Below are positions 63,110 to 64,000 of a stretch of DNA of 64,000 nucleotides, in pieces. The DNA is taken from assembly GCA_051859245.1 (NCBI GenBank), contig JBHYGA010000004.1, forward strand, positions 96,001-160,000, read 5' to 3'. The notes beneath the pieces were generated by a model. The model was given only the letters and a program-made list of their open reading frames with translations, had not been told where the DNA came from and did not search any database. A program made the position numbers and the translations under genes. Numbering within the stretch: position 1 is the first letter of the stretch; every line of letters starts with the position of its first letter. The DNA is from Gemmatimonadaceae bacterium (GTDB lineage Bacteria; Gemmatimonadota; Gemmatimonadetes; Gemmatimonadales; Gemmatimonadaceae).

Positions 63110-64000
63110 ATGACCCGATTCCGCAAAACCGCCCTGGTGGCCGGTTTCCTCGTGGTCCCCGTGCTCGCTGGCGGCTTCGCGCTGCAGGCGCGCGACGTGC
63201 GCGGCGGGGCGCAGCTGCTCGATCAGGTGCTCACGTTCGTCCACATGCGCTACGTCGATACGCTCGACGCCAACGCGCTGTACGAAAAGGCCGCGCGCGG
63301 TCTGGTCAAGGAACTCGGCGACCCGTATACCGAGCTCTTCACGCCGAAGCAGATGGAAGAGTTCACCCGCAATACCAACGGCCGATACGCCGGACTCGGC
63401 ATGGAAATCACGCCGATCGGCAACTACGTCACCGTCGGCAAAGTCTTTCCGGATACACCGGCGGAACGCGGCGGTGTGATGGAAGGCGACGCGATCGTGC
63501 AGATCGACACCTTCCCAGCCCGCGGCTGGACCACACAGCAGGTGCAGAACAAGCTGCTCGGTGTGCCGGGCACACAGGTGCGCGTGACCTTCGGTCGCCC
63601 CGGCGTGCCGGAGCCGATCACCATGAACTTCCGCCGCGCCGAAGTGAAGGTGCCGGCCGTGCGGTACACGCTCATGCTCGATGATCGCACGGGTTACATC
63701 CCGATTGAGCGCTTCAGCGAAAACACCACCACCGACGTGGCCAACGCCGTCGAGTCGCTCAAGGCGCGCGGCGCCAAGGGCATTGTGCTCGATGTCCGTG
63801 GCAATCCGGGCGGCATTCTGGATCAGGCCATCTCCACCACGAACCTCTTCCTCCCCGCGGGCAAGGAAGTGGCCAGCGTTCGTGGCCGCGGCGACGTGCA
63901 GAACTTCATCTCGGAAAATCAGCCGATCGCGGCGGACATCCCTCTGGTGGTGCTCACCGACGGTTACTCCGCGTCGGCTTCGGAAATCGTGGCCGGTGCA
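63110..64000 (+). CDS. ctpA: S41A carboxy-terminal processing protease (runs off right edge)
   Basis: Not in the ORF track. ATG 63110 gives MTRFRKTALV...YVD...LGDPYT...YAGLGMEI (PDZ)...LDVRGNPGG...SASASEIVAGA. Confidence 0.92.
   Translation, partial: MTRFRKTALVAGFLVVPVLAGGFALQARDVRGGAQLLDQVLTFVHMRYVDTLDANALYEKAARGLVKELGDPYTELFTPKQMEEFTRNTNGRYAGLGMEITPIGNYVTVGKVFPDTPAERGGVMEGDAIVQIDTFPARGWTTQQVQNKLLGVPGTQVRVTFGRPGVPEPITMNFRRAEVKVPAVRYTLMLDDRTGYIPIERFSENTTTDVANAVESLKARGAKGIVLDVRGNPGGILDQAISTTNLFLPAGKEVASVRGRGDVQNFISENQPIAADIPLVVLTDGYSASASEIVAGA

Noticed and set aside
1..64000. tRNA, rRNA, riboswitch, transposase, prophage or defence-system genes
   Set aside because: None recognised by eye apart from the vapBC module; a covariance-model and HMM scan would be needed to exclude them formally.

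Overview
GC-rich, gene-dense bacterial chromosomal segment. The gene content (many exported S9/S41/DUF885 peptidases, ECF sigma factors, a Ser/Thr kinase with TPRs, 6-bladed beta-propeller proteins, TonB receptor) suggests Gemmatimonadota; this is inference, not a database result. About 57 CDS were recognised by motif reading, and no rRNA, tRNA, CRISPR array, integrase or transposase was seen. Left to right: tex (cut by left edge); exported peptidase block; ECF sigma / CBM48-like anti-sigma / DUF2723 glycosyltransferase operon; a ~165-bp palindrome; SigK/RskA-like pair with fasciclin and a collagen-DUF4394 lipoprotein sharing a promoter motif; three beta-propellers; tricorn-M20D-SSS transporter; ECF43 sigma with its kinase; a long minus-strand run (TonB receptor with DtxR-like box, mog, Trm112, DinB, K+ channel, kefF/kefC); glnA; a signalling block around an acidic/AT-hook/histone-H1-like protein; a serA-FAD oxidoreductase-serB-aminotransferase operon; a plasmid-type Rep with a QMNLF clamp-binding-like motif beside a VapBC module; and ctpA (cut by right edge). 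The strongest novelty candidates are the acidic+AT-hook+H1 protein, the ECF/CBM48-like/TMEM260-like operon, the orphan Rep, and the serine operon with a putative D-2-hydroxyglutarate dehydrogenase. All family calls come from eye-read motifs and need HMM confirmation; several start codons are my best choice among alternatives.
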